From positions 1-49,281 of the forward strand of contig CAYSCH010000016.1 of assembly GCA_964429355.1 (NCBI GenBank): a DNA stretch of 49,281 nucleotides, read 5' to 3'. Positions 39,167-49,100 of the stretch are shown in pieces. Each line of letters opens with the position of its first letter. Position 1 is the stretch's first letter. The position numbers and the translations under genes are program-made. The stretch comes from an uncultured Planctomycetaceae bacterium. Its GTDB lineage: Bacteria; Planctomycetota; Planctomycetia; Pirellulales; Thermoguttaceae. The notes under the pieces were generated by a model. That model was given only the letters and a program-made list of their open reading frames with translations. It was not told the DNA's origin and ran no database searches.

Positions 39167-39326
39167 CGGCGTACTCTTTATTTCCTGCCCGCTTCGGTCT
39201 TCAGAAATGAAGCGTTACGAGCGCCATTTTTCAGTTGCTTGCCATCTTCGGCCGATCGCGTTGGGACCGGGACCACTTGGGCACCGGGGTTGGATCGGGG
39301 GCGACGGAAGTCGGAAACATCTCAAG

Positions 39327-39399
39327 CAGGGGCGGAGGGATTCGAACTCTCGACCGCTGGTTTTGGAGACCAGTGCTCTACCAACTGAGCTACACCCCT
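39327..39399 (-). tRNA. tRNA-Trp (anticodon CCA)
   Basis: Hand-folded AGGGGTGTAGCTCAGTTGGTAGAGCACTGGTCTCCAAAACCAG...TTCGAAT...CGCCCCT. The anticodon loop is CTCCAAA. The T-stem has one A.C mismatch. Confidence 0.9.
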
Positions 39400-39555
39400 G
39401 TGTTCTCGGACATCTGGGACCGAGACGGCGGACCGACGACGCCGGCTTCGCTCCTATGGATGTCGCGAAACCGGCGATGCGTCCCTTCCGCTGATTTTTC
39501 AGATCCAGCCGCAGTGCGGGGCCGGCCGCACCAGGGAATCAGGAATACTGATTGA

Positions 39556-40755
39556 CTACTCAACAATTTTGGTAACCACGCCTGAACCGACCGTTCGGCC
39601 GCCTTCACGAATGGCGAAACGAACGTTTTCGTCCATGGCGATCGGCGAGATCAGCTCAACCACCAGCTTGACGTTGTCGCCGGGCATGCACATTTCGGCG
39701 CCACCGAGCAGGTTCAAGGACCCGGTCACGTCTGTTGTCCGGAAGTAGAACTGCGGACGGTACCCGCTGAAGAACGGAGTGTGACGGCCACCTTCCTCCT
39801 TGGAGAGGACGTAGACCTCGGCCTCGAACTTCGTATGGGGAGTGATGGATCCCGGCTTGGCCAGAACCTGTCCGCGCTCGATTTCGTCGCGTTTGATACC
39901 TCGCAGCAGGCAGCCGACGTTATCGCCGGCGATTCCCTGGTCGAGGGTCTTGTTGAACATTTCAACGCCGGTGCAAACGACCTTGCGGCTTGCCTGATTG
40001 ATACCGACGATCTCGACTTCGTCGCCCGTCTTGACCACACCGCGTTCGATACGGCCGGTTGCCACGGTCCCGCGACCTTCGATCGAGAAGACGTCTTCGA
40101 CGGCCATCAGGAACGGCTTGTCCGACTCGCGGGGCGGTTCGGGGATGTAGGAGTCGATCGCGTCCATCAATTCGCCGATGCACTTGGTCGCATCAGGATC
40201 GTTGGGCTTGTTGTAAGCGGGCAATGCCGAACCGCGGATCACGGGGAGGTCGTCGCCGGGGAAGTCGTAGCTGCTGAGCAGTTCGCGGACTTCCAGCTCG
40301 ACCAGTTCGAGGAGTTCCTCGTCGTCGACGAGGTCGCATTTGTTGAGGAAAACGACCAGGGCGGGCACGTTCACCTGACGGGCAAGAAGGACGTGTTCGC
40401 GAGTCTGCGGCATCGGGCCGTCAGCCGCCGAGACCACGAGGATTGCACCGTCCATTTGGGCGGCACCAGTGATCATGTTCTTGATGAAGTCCGCGTGCCC
40501 CGGGCAGTCGATGTGAGCGTAGTGACGGTTGGCCGTCTCGTACTCGACGTGTGCTACAGCAATGGTCACGGTCTTCGTTGCGTCACGAACCGTGCCGCCC
40601 TTCGCGATATCTGCGTAGGACTTGAAGTGAGCCAGACCTTTTTCCTGTTGGACCGCCAAAATGGCCCCGGTCAACGTCGTCTTCCCGTGGTCGATGTGAC
40701 CAATGGTGCCCACGTTGACGTGGGGTTTCGTGCGTGCAAATACGTCCTTGGCCAT
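39556..40755 (-). CDS. tuf: Translation elongation factor Tu
   Basis: [28 protein letters not shown]..., [12 protein letters not shown]. Full-length EF-Tu. Confidence 0.97.
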   Translation of the reverse strand: MAKDVFARTKPHVNVGTIGHIDHGKTTLTGAILAVQQEKGLAHFKSYADIAKGGTVRDATKTVTIAVAHVEYETANRHYAHIDCPGHADFIKNMITGAAQMDGAILVVSAADGPMPQTREHVLLARQVNVPALVVFLNKCDLVDDEELLELVELEVRELLSSYDFPGDDLPVIRGSALPAYNKPNDPDATKCIGELMDAIDSYIPEPPRESDKPFLMAVEDVFSIEGRGTVATGRIERGVVKTGDEVEIVGINQASRKVVCTGVEMFNKTLDQGIAGDNVGCLLRGIKRDEIERGQVLAKPGSITPHTKFEAEVYVLSKEEGGRHTPFFSGYRPQFYFRTTDVTGSLNLLGGAEMCMPGDNVKLVVELISPIAMDENVRFAIREGGRTVGSGVVTKIVE

Positions 40756-40839
40756 TCTAGACTTATCTCCCTGCGTTCAAAAAGCGGGTAACCTTGAACT
40801 ACCTTGGATCGACCATTCGGTTGGACTATCCTACAAAAG

Positions 40840-40912
<73 letters not shown>

Positions 40913-41093
40913 ACCCGATCTCCCAGCGTAGCCGCCCATCGCCCCGGCAGAGTCACGGCGAAATCGCCGACACTGCAACCGTGGGTCACGAGCTGCCGCA
41001 TTCTCAAGTTGCCACATCGATCCTGCAAAAGGCACTGGGCGAGGCCAGTCGCCCGGGCCAACACCCGAAACTCGATGCCAGTCCATCTCTCAG

Positions 41094-41164
41094 AGCGGGT
41101 GAAGGGAATCGAACCCTCGTCTTCAGCTTGGAAGGCTGTGGCTCTACCATTGAGCTACACCCGC
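41094..41164 (-). tRNA. tRNA-Gly (anticodon UCC)
   Basis: Hand-folded GCGGGTGTAGCTCAATGGTAGAGCCACAGCCTTCCAAGCTGAAGACGAGGGTTCGATTCCCTTCACCCGCT. A27.A43 mismatch in the anticodon stem. Confidence 0.9.
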
Positions 41165-41377
41165 TTTCTTTGCGCCACTCACTAACTTGGAGCCCCTTGG
41201 GCGTGTTCGGCGAGCCACTTGGCGTCTGACGCTTGAACATCACAATTAGATAGCCTACCGCTTCGGGCGTCGCAAGCCGAGGGGGGGCACAACGCGGCGC
41301 CAGGGGAAAGGGAGAGCTATCTTTCGGTTGATCCTCAAAACCTCACTGCAGAAAACGGGAACTTGCCTCGACGAAAA

Positions 41378-41459
41378 TGGGGGATGCAGGATTCGAACCT
41401 GCGAAGGCATTGCCAACAGATTTACAGTCTGCCCCCTTTGGCCGCTCGGGAAACCCCCC
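41378..41459 (-). tRNA. tRNA-Tyr (anticodon GUA), long variable arm
   Basis: GGGGGGTTTCCCGAGCGGCCAAAGGGGGCAGACTGTAAATCTGTTGGCAATGCCTTCGCAGGTTCGAATCCTGCATCCCCCA closely resembles bacterial class II tRNA-Tyr. Confidence 0.9.
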
Positions 41460-41571
41460 GAATCATTCTCTGTCTATGTCCAGGAAATCTCTTATTGAAC
41501 CCTGCTGCTCTCGTGGATGCTCCCTCAACAGACTCCGAAATGCCCGGAAAGTTCGAGGTTTTCTTGGCAAG

Positions 41572-41644
41572 AGCTAGCGGAGGGACTTGAACCCACAACC
41601 TGCTGATTACAAATCAGCTGCTCTGCCAATTGAGCTACGCTAGC
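41572..41644 (-). tRNA. tRNA-Thr (anticodon UGU)
   Basis: GCTAGCGTAGCTCAATTGGCAGAGCAGCTGATTTGTAATCAGCAGGTTGTGGGTTCAAGTCCCTCCGCTAGCT. One U.U mismatch in the T-stem. Confidence 0.9.
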
Positions 41645-41670
41645 CGCTGGGCCAGTCACGCGAACCATTT

Positions 41671-41698
41671 AATATACCCAACCACCTCCGGCGTGCAA
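41671..41698 (-). promoter_or_regulatory. Candidate promoter TTGCAC-N16-TATATT for the tRNA-tuf unit
   Basis: On the minus strand, the -10 box ends 26 nt upstream of the tRNA-Thr(UGU) 5' end. Sequence only. Confidence 0.4.
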
Positions 41699-41940
41699 GG
41701 CGGATGCCAAACAAAAATCAACCGCCGATGCCATCTCAGCGAAACCCACTCAAGTGAGGGGGCAGATTAGTTCCTGAGGTCACTTGGATGGTGCAGAATG
41801 GCTCGTTCGCGACACGCATCCGAGAATCTGGAGCGACTGGCAAGAATGGGTGAGAAGACTCCTTCCCAGCCATCTGAATTTCCACCATCCATGCTTGGAA
41901 CGCGAGGCGAGCCGACTCGTCCTAATGTCGTCCATCAAGC

Positions 41941-43620
41941 CTACTCAACTCCAGGAATCTCGATCCTTTCTTCCTGGGCCGCCTTGCGCAGCTTGTTCAA
42001 GGCCCGTGCTTCGATCTGGCGGACCCGTTCTTTGGTTACCCCCATTGCGGCCCCCACCTCTTTCAACGTTTGTGGCTCCTCGCCCCGGGCGAGGCCGAAA
42101 CGGCTGATGATGATCTGCTGCTCTCGCTCATCGAGGCGTCCCAGAATGCGGATCACTTGCGATTCCCTCTGAAGCTGGGAGGTCTCCTGCTCGTACTGGT
42201 CGCTACGGCCATCTTCCGCAGCGCCGAACATTTCCGAATTACTGGTGCGGAAGCGGTCTCGATGCCGCAACTCGTCGGGAATCGTGCGGGCGTAGTTCTT
42301 CATGATCGCCCAGCTTGCATAGGTGCTGAACTTGTTCCCTCGGGCGAAATCGAATTTTTCCACGGCGCGAATCAGCGACATGTTCCCATCGCTGACGAGT
42401 TCGAAGAAATTCTCACTCTGCCCCACGTGACGCTTTGCAATCGACACCACCAGCCGGAGGTTCGCCGAAATGATCTCGTTCTTGGTCGCCACGGCCTGAT
42501 CGTACAGCCTCTCAATATCGTCCATGAGGCCGCTTTTCGGCCTGGCCAGTTCGAGCGTCTCACGGAGTCTCGAGGCGCGATATTTCAGGTAATTCATCCG
42601 CCGGAAAAGATGACCTTCCTGTTCGCGGGTAAGAAGGGGAACCTCGTACAAGCTGGCCAGATAGGGGGGGAGTCCACTCGGCAGCCGGCTTTTCTTGACG
42701 GGCTCTTCGTTGGGCGGCATGGGCCCGCAAATCTCCCGTTCCTGTTTTTCTGTGCGAACGAGGCGAAACCGATCGTTGGGAATGAAGTCCAAGGGCAACT
42801 CCATGATCCGCTTAGCTCGCATCTCTCCGATGATCCGGTAGATGCTGGTTTTCGTCCGGCAGAACGCCTTTGCAAGTGCCTCCACTGCTTCGCCGCGCCG
42901 GTATCTGCGATAGATCTTCTGCTTCGTGTCCTCGCGAAGGGGGCCCGTATTGTCCGGAAAAACCGCCGCGTCCGGGTTGTCGCGGTCGAATTGTTTCAGG
43001 GTGTAGCGGATCGTCTCGACGCTGCGTCCCATCTTCCGAGCGAGGCGTTTGGTGACTTCCGCGGGGCAACCGCCCTTCTCCGCCAAGCGGCGCGCGTAGT
43101 CGATGATCTTCTCTCGCTCGTCCGCCGTGAGCTGGCTGAATTGGGCCCCGCGGCGGACCCGATCTGCATTGTGTCGCACGAAGCGCTCCACCGAGCTTTC
43201 CAGGAACCCGACACGCTTGCGTCCGCCAAAAACAAAACGGCGGCTCACAAGCCCCTGTTGCCGCCAACGGGAGATGGTTTTCGTCGAGACCCGGAACCGG
43301 CGACTGAGCTCCTCCACGGTCAGAACGGGTTCGGGGACTTCTTCGACAGGCAGGTCTGCAGAATCGGAGACGTCTTCGACAAACAGCCGAAGGTCGTGCG
43401 AAGCCTCTTGCCCACGCATTCTTACTTCCGGATAGGCTTCCGGCCGATAGGTGGTCACGCGATAGCAGAGGTATTCGTAGGTATAGGTCCGACTGTCTTC
43501 GATCTCGAGCAAGAGCCGTTCCGCCCGATCCACCTGCTCCAATTTCTTCTCCCGTGGAGCAAATCGAACTTGTTGGTCACGAAGCTCTCGAATGGCTGGA
43601 TGGATGTAGCTGCTGTGCAT
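41941..43620 (-). CDS. Sigma-70-family RNA polymerase sigma factor with a ~318-aa N-terminal extension
   Basis: Regions 2-4 are recognisable (NLRLVVSIAKRHVG, ELVSDGNMSLIRAVEKFDFARGNKFSTYASWAIMKNY, TLKEVGAAMGVTKERVRQIEARALNKLR). Region 2.4/3 (IPDELRHRDRFRTS) differs from primary-sigma consensus. Confidence 0.85.
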   Translation of the reverse strand: MHSSYIHPAIRELRDQQVRFAPREKKLEQVDRAERLLLEIEDSRTYTYEYLCYRVTTYRPEAYPEVRMRGQEASHDLRLFVEDVSDSADLPVEEVPEPVLTVEELSRRFRVSTKTISRWRQQGLVSRRFVFGGRKRVGFLESSVERFVRHNADRVRRGAQFSQLTADEREKIIDYARRLAEKGGCPAEVTKRLARKMGRSVETIRYTLKQFDRDNPDAAVFPDNTGPLREDTKQKIYRRYRRGEAVEALAKAFCRTKTSIYRIIGEMRAKRIMELPLDFIPNDRFRLVRTEKQEREICGPMPPNEEPVKKSRLPSGLPPYLASLYEVPLLTREQEGHLFRRMNYLKYRASRLRETLELARPKSGLMDDIERLYDQAVATKNEIISANLRLVVSIAKRHVGQSENFFELVSDGNMSLIRAVEKFDFARGNKFSTYASWAIMKNYARTIPDELRHRDRFRTSNSEMFGAAEDGRSDQYEQETSQLQRESQVIRILGRLDEREQQIIISRFGLARGEEPQTLKEVGAAMGVTKERVRQIEARALNKLRKAAQEERIEIPGVE

Positions 43621-44139
43621 GATCTCGTCCTTTGCCGGCTGGAAGCCCGAAGCACGTTCGACTCCTGGTGCCTGGATGTCCCAACCTTTTCGCCTTGCCG
43701 ATGCCCATGGCTGCGTGGCCCACTGGTTCTGCCGGTCCCCTCACATGGTTCGCATTCTATCTTGATCGGCCTATTTTTGACAAGTGTTCCTTGCAAAAAT
43801 ACCGTTCGTTTCTTGAAGCCACGAAATGATTTCGCCCAACCAGAAGAACTTGCCTGCCGTTGTTTCTACGGGACATGCCCGAAAAGGGATTCAGGGCGTC
43901 CCAGTTTCCGCCAGCAAAATCAGCTGAAGAGTTATATAAGTACCACTCGCAGGTATTATATCGTCGTTCTTATCAGGACAAATGCGCGAAGCGGCAGGTT
44001 CACGTCAACATTCCCAACCCGACAAGTCGATGCAGGAAGAAAGGTCCTTGATATCGCGCCAGACGTACCCTCTGGTTCGCACAGTCTGTACCGCACAACA
44101 GGCGAGTATTCCTTCAAAAGCTCGAGTCGAGATCCTGAC

Positions 44140-45513
44140 ATGCGTCAAACGAACGCCATTTTGATCGTCCTGCTTGGCATCCTTTTCTCGACCTCCACGA
44201 GTTGGGGGGAGGGTGGTCCTCCGCAGAAGTTCTCACTCAGTTCAAACCGTGCCGCCAATTCGCTCGACCGGATTGACGCCTCGCTCGAGGTCGCCGGGAA
44301 AGTGGTGGTGTTGAATGAGAAGAACGAGCTGAAGGAACTCAATTTGGCAGTGCTTGCCAACGTCGGATACGACGAACGGTCGCTGCTTGTTCCTGTCTCG
44401 CCGAAGGCCCCCATGCGGTCCGTTCGCCATTATGGCACGGCAACGGCTGCCATTGAGGTGGACGGCCAGGAAATCCATCCGGAGTTGCGTGACGAGCGGC
44501 GTTTGATCGCCGTTTCGATCGACGAGGGAAAGGCCACGCTTTACAGTCCCTCTGGCCCGCTCGCCCATGATGAGTTGGATCTGGCCGACATCATGGGCAA
44601 CACCTTGGTCCTCGATCGTCTTCTACCACCGTACCAAGTCGCAATCGGCGATTCCTGGAAGCACTCGGACGAGCTGGCCGGCGTGCTTCTGGGCTTGGAC
44701 GCGGTCAGTTCCAGCGATATTAAGAGCACTCTGTCCTCGGTCAAGGATTCCGTGGTCCTGGTGGAAATGTCGGGGGAAGTCCAAGGCGCGGTTCAAGGTG
44801 CGGCGACCGAGATTCAGATTCGCGCCAAGTACCAGTTCGATCTTCTTGCCCGACGAATCACCTGGTTTGGCTTGCTCGTGCAGGAGAAGCGTTCGGTCGG
44901 GCACGTTGGTCCGGGGCTCGAGGTGATTGCCCGGTTGCAGACCAAGATCCTTCCGATCGAAGAATCGCCCCACCTGACCGACGCTGCGTTGAACGGCCTG
45001 TCGCTCGAACCGGCCGACGAGAGCTTCTGGCTCAGTTACGAGTCGGTTGCCGGCGGCTGGCAGTTGCTGAACGATCGCCGGTGGTTCGTAACGAGCGATG
45101 AATCCAAATCGGTCGTTCTCCGCATGATCGACGACGGCGAGTTTGTCGCCCAGTGCAACATATCATCACTTCCGCAGGTAAATGTAGAGAAGCTGCCTTC
45201 CCTTTCGAAGTTTCAGCAAGACATCCAGACTGGACTCGGTGATTCGTTCAGGCAGTTTATTTCGGCCAAAGAGGAGACGAACGACCTGGGGTATCGCGTG
45301 TTGCGGGTCGTCGTCGACGGTGTGACGTCCGAGATGCCGATCCAATGGATCTACTACCTGATTGCCGACCAGACCGGGCGGCAATTGACCATGGTTTTCG
45401 TGGTCGAAGCCGAACTGGCGGAACGGCTGGCCGGAGCGGACGAGCAACTGGCGACGGCGGTCCAATTCGTCGATCGAACTACGGCTGGCTTACCGACAAT
45501 CGCGCCCAAATGA
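44140..45513 (+). CDS. Hypothetical secreted protein
   Basis: The ATG at 44140 gives MRQTNAILIVLLGILFSTSTSWGEG, a signal peptide. The 457-aa product has ordinary composition. The upstream 690 codons of the ORF-track ORF are antisense to the sigma gene. No family recognised. Confidence 0.6.
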   Translation: MRQTNAILIVLLGILFSTSTSWGEGGPPQKFSLSSNRAANSLDRIDASLEVAGKVVVLNEKNELKELNLAVLANVGYDERSLLVPVSPKAPMRSVRHYGTATAAIEVDGQEIHPELRDERRLIAVSIDEGKATLYSPSGPLAHDELDLADIMGNTLVLDRLLPPYQVAIGDSWKHSDELAGVLLGLDAVSSSDIKSTLSSVKDSVVLVEMSGEVQGAVQGAATEIQIRAKYQFDLLARRITWFGLLVQEKRSVGHVGPGLEVIARLQTKILPIEESPHLTDAALNGLSLEPADESFWLSYESVAGGWQLLNDRRWFVTSDESKSVVLRMIDDGEFVAQCNISSLPQVNVEKLPSLSKFQQDIQTGLGDSFRQFISAKEETNDLGYRVLRVVVDGVTSEMPIQWIYYLIADQTGRQLTMVFVVEAELAERLAGADEQLATAVQFVDRTTAGLPTIAPK

Positions 45514-45529
45514 AGCTTCCTTCCCGGGA

Positions 45530-46018
45530 CTAGCCGGTGGCCGCATATTTCTCAGCGAACTCAAGGACCCAGAGATCGATCAGTTCGGTGAATGATTCGA
45601 GGTCGACCTCTCCCAATCGCTGATAGTGGTTTCGGGCGAAAAGCTCTCGGTTGCGGACGGTTGCCTTCGCGGCAACGTCGAGCACCAGATAGTCGGAGAT
45701 GGGTCGAATCAGGACCTCCATACGGCTGAAGAGACTGCCGCGCCGCCCGCGGGACTGCAGGTCCAAATCATCGCGACTGACGGCGGCACCCCATCCTCGT
45801 TCCGTAACCACCGATTCGAACTGGAAGCCGGGGAAGTGATTGGGGAGACGGCGCAGGCAATGCTCGATGTGCTCGGAGAGTTCGAGGCGAAACTGGGAGT
45901 GAAGGTTTCGCAACTCCTTCTCGGAGAGCGCTTTGGCGGCTTCGGCTCGAGCTCGTTCGTCGCTCGCCCGGTGCCCTCTCTCGATCGCTCTGGCCAATCG
46001 TTTGTCGAAATCCGTCAT
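45530..46018 (-). CDS. Hypothetical protein (162 aa)
   Basis: ATG-initiated ORF with balanced, charged/helical composition (MTDFDKRLARAIERGHRASDERARAEAAKALSEKELRNL...). No family recognised. Confidence 0.5.
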   Translation of the reverse strand: MTDFDKRLARAIERGHRASDERARAEAAKALSEKELRNLHSQFRLELSEHIEHCLRRLPNHFPGFQFESVVTERGWGAAVSRDDLDLQSRGRRGSLFSRMEVLIRPISDYLVLDVAAKATVRNRELFARNHYQRLGEVDLESFTELIDLWVLEFAEKYAATG

Positions 46019-46125
46019 CGTCCTGGCTGGGTTGGAGTCGCCCTCGAGACGCTTGTTTTCGGGTGGGTCGGGTGAGCGTCAGCTGCGGGGAGAGTATCGA
46101 TGAATCGTCGGATGGTGCCGTAGCC

Positions 46126-49100
46126 CTACGTGTCGCCGCGCTGTGTTTCCTCGGGCTTTGCCGAGTCAATTGAGTCAACCGACTCGCCGCCCGGCGCTGG
46201 CGACTGAGGCTGTTCGGCCTCGGCGTCCGTTGGAGGTGGCGATGTCTCAACCGTCTGAGGAGGCGTGTCCGTTGAGGTTTTCGTCACGCTGTCAGGCTTG
46301 TTGGCCTTGCCCGCTCCGGAATGGGTATTCTTGCGCTTCGTTTGCTTCTTTGGAGGCTCGGGCTCGACCTGGGTGGTCCCGAAGAACTGGGCCAGATCAC
46401 TGAAGCTCCGCATCGGCTCACGGCCTTCCTTCATTTTGTCCGTGATCGGCTTGATGGGCTTAGGGGGTGATTTTGGCTTGTATGCGGGCGTCTCCTGGCC
46501 ACGTCCTCGGCCCCGTCCGCCATCGCGACCGCGTCCCGCATCGTGACCACGTCCGCCGTCGCGGCCGCGTCCCGAAGGGCGCGCCCGTCCGGCATCACGT
46601 GCGTGCCCAGTATCTCGCGAGTGGCCGCGCCCACCCTCGGCCGCCTCGGAGGGCCCACTCTGCTGATCGCGAGGCTTTTGGACCTGCCTGGCAGAATCGG
46701 GCCGGCCACCACCGTGACGGTCCCCTCGCTCTTCTCGGTGCGAACCTGCCCGGGGAGTTCCCGGCGGAATCATGGTCAGCGAGACTCGCCGCCGCTGTTT
46801 GTCGACATCGAGGACCCACACCTTGACGACGTCGCCAACGGCAGCAACCTCGTGGGGATCGCGAACAAATTTGTCGGCAAGCTGGCTCACGTGGACCAGG
46901 CCGCTGTCATGCATGCCGATATCGACGAACACGCCGAAATCGACGACGTTCAACACGGTCCCGTTCAATTCGAGCCCGGGAGTCAAGTCCTCGAGTTTGA
47001 GAACGCCGTGGCGGAAGATCGGCGGCTGGAGATCCTCTCGCGGATCTCGGCCTGGCCGAACCAACTGGGCGAGGATATCTTTCAGGAGCAATTCGCCGAC
47101 CCCCAGCTCTTTGGCCAGGGCACCCGCGTCGACTGCGGCAACTTTTTCCGCGAGGCTCTTCAGGGTGTCCCGGTTTCGCAGGTCGTCTACCTGGAAGCCG
47201 AGTTGATCGAGCACACGGAGGGCAACGGCGTAGCTTTCCGGATGGATCCACGAACTATCGAGCGGGTTATCCCCGCGGGTGATCTTGAGAAAACCGGCCG
47301 ACTGGACAAAGGTCGCGCCGCCGAAACCGGTCACGTTTCGCAATTGTTCGCGGTTGCGGAAGGGTCCGTGCTGCATTCGATGCTCATACACGCGACGGGC
47401 CGTCAGTTGATTCAGCCCTGAAACGTAGCGCAGCAGGGCCGGGCTGGCCGTGTTGACGTCCACGCCCACGTAGTTGACGCAGGAGCTGACCACATCGTCG
47501 AGGGATTCTCGGAGGTGTTTTGCCTTGACGTCATGCTGGTAGAGTCCGACGCCGATATTTGCTGGATCGATTTTCACCAGCTCGCTCAACGGATCCTGGA
47601 GACGACGTCCGATCGAGATCGCTCCCCGGACCGTGGCGTCGTATTCGGGAAACTCCTCCCGTCCCACGGAACTTGTCGAATAGACGCTGGCTCCCGCTTC
47701 GTTGACGATCACGTAGGCCCAGTCGCTGCCTTCCGGGGCCTTCTTCAGAAGCTCGCCGAAGAAATCCTCCGCGTCCCGACATGCCGTCCCGTTGCCGATT
47801 GCCACGACCGTCAACTTGAAACGCTCCATCAACTCCCTGACGATATTCTCCGACTCCTCTTTTCGCTCCGGCTTGCCGATCAGGTAAATCAACGCCTGGG
47901 CGAGGACATTCCCGAACTGGTCGAGTGCCACGAGCTTGCAGCCGCTCTTGAATCCAGGGTCGACGGCCAGGACTCGCCGATTGTGGACGGGAGGTTGAAG
48001 CAGGAGATTGCGGAGATTTTTGGCGAACACGCCCACTGCGTGGGATTCCGCTCGTTCCGTCAGTTCGCGACGAGTTTCCCGCTCCAGACTTGGAAGGATC
48101 AACCGAGCGAGCGAGTCACGGGCGCACCCTTTCAGGAAATCGAGATGAGGGTGATCCTCGGCGACGACCATCTCCTCGGCAACCTTCGTCATTGCCTCCT
48201 GGTCGCAATCGATCTTCACCCGCAAGACCTTCGCTCGTTCGCCGCGGTTGATGGCCAGGACGCGGTGCGGCGGAATCTTGCGAAGGTCTTCGCTGTAATC
48301 GAAGTAGTCGCTGAACGCTTTCTGTTTCTTCTCGTCGGTCTTCTGTTTCTTCTGCCGTTTGCGTTCTGCCTTGCGTTCCGCACTGGATTTCCGGCTTCCT
48401 TTGCGTTTCGGAGCCGAACGGCTTGGGCTGGGAGCAGGGACCACGGGAGCCGCCGCGCCCGTTGCCGCTCCACTTGCGGCGCTGTCACCGCCCGGCGTTT
48501 CACTCGGCGCGGTCTCGGCTGCACCTTGTTCCGCGGTGGGCTGCGCGGGCGTTGTCTGGTCAGGCGGGGCTTGTGCCGACGACGGCCGCGCGGGCTCGAC
48601 GCCTTCGGGAATCGCGGGAGATCCCGGAGACTCTGTTGCCGATTTGGCCGGAGCTGTTTCTCGTTCCGCACCAGAAATATCGCCCTGCGCCGGCTGGAAT
48701 TCCTCGATGGGGGAGGATCCCTCGCCGTCCGAATTGTCGGGACCGCCACCCATTCCCGATCCCCGCTGATCGTCGTTGGGCGGGAGAGAATTGTCGACCG
48801 GTGCGGGGGACTCGGCGGATTCTGACGCACGGGTTTCGTCCGGTTGCGGCGTCTCGCTGGAAGGCATCTCCTCGGAGCCGATCTCGCTCTCCACCATCTC
48901 GGCGGGCTCGGTTGCCTGCGGCACACCCGCTTCCTCCACCACCTCCGAGTCGCTCTCGACGGAGGCCGGGGGCGACACCGCCGTATCGTCGGCCGACGGC
49001 ATCTGCAGAGCTGCCTGGGCCGCGGTAGACGGGTCCGCCGTTTCTGTGGCTGGGGCCGGTGAAACTTCTGTCGGCTTCGATGCACCTACAACCGGCGGTG

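Noticed and set aside
39400-39555. Search for rpmG (L33), commonly found between tuf and secE
   Set aside because: No frame in this 156-nt spacer, or in 39167..39326, encodes an L33-like Cys-rich basic peptide. The gene is simply absent from this locus.
43860-44051. 63-aa basic small ORF in the sigma / secreted-protein divergent spacer
   Set aside because: It has a TTG start, AT-rich third codon positions unlike the real genes here, no SD and no recognisable motif. The region is more plausibly promoter DNA.
42070-44139. The first 690 codons of the 1147-aa ORF 42070..45513 (+), which would make a giant protein
   Set aside because: This part is exactly antisense to the well-supported sigma factor gene. 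Its translation is Arg/Gly/Ala/Pro-rich noise with no motifs, as expected for a shadow ORF in GC-rich DNA. The credible gene starts at the ATG at 44140, which gives a clean signal peptide.
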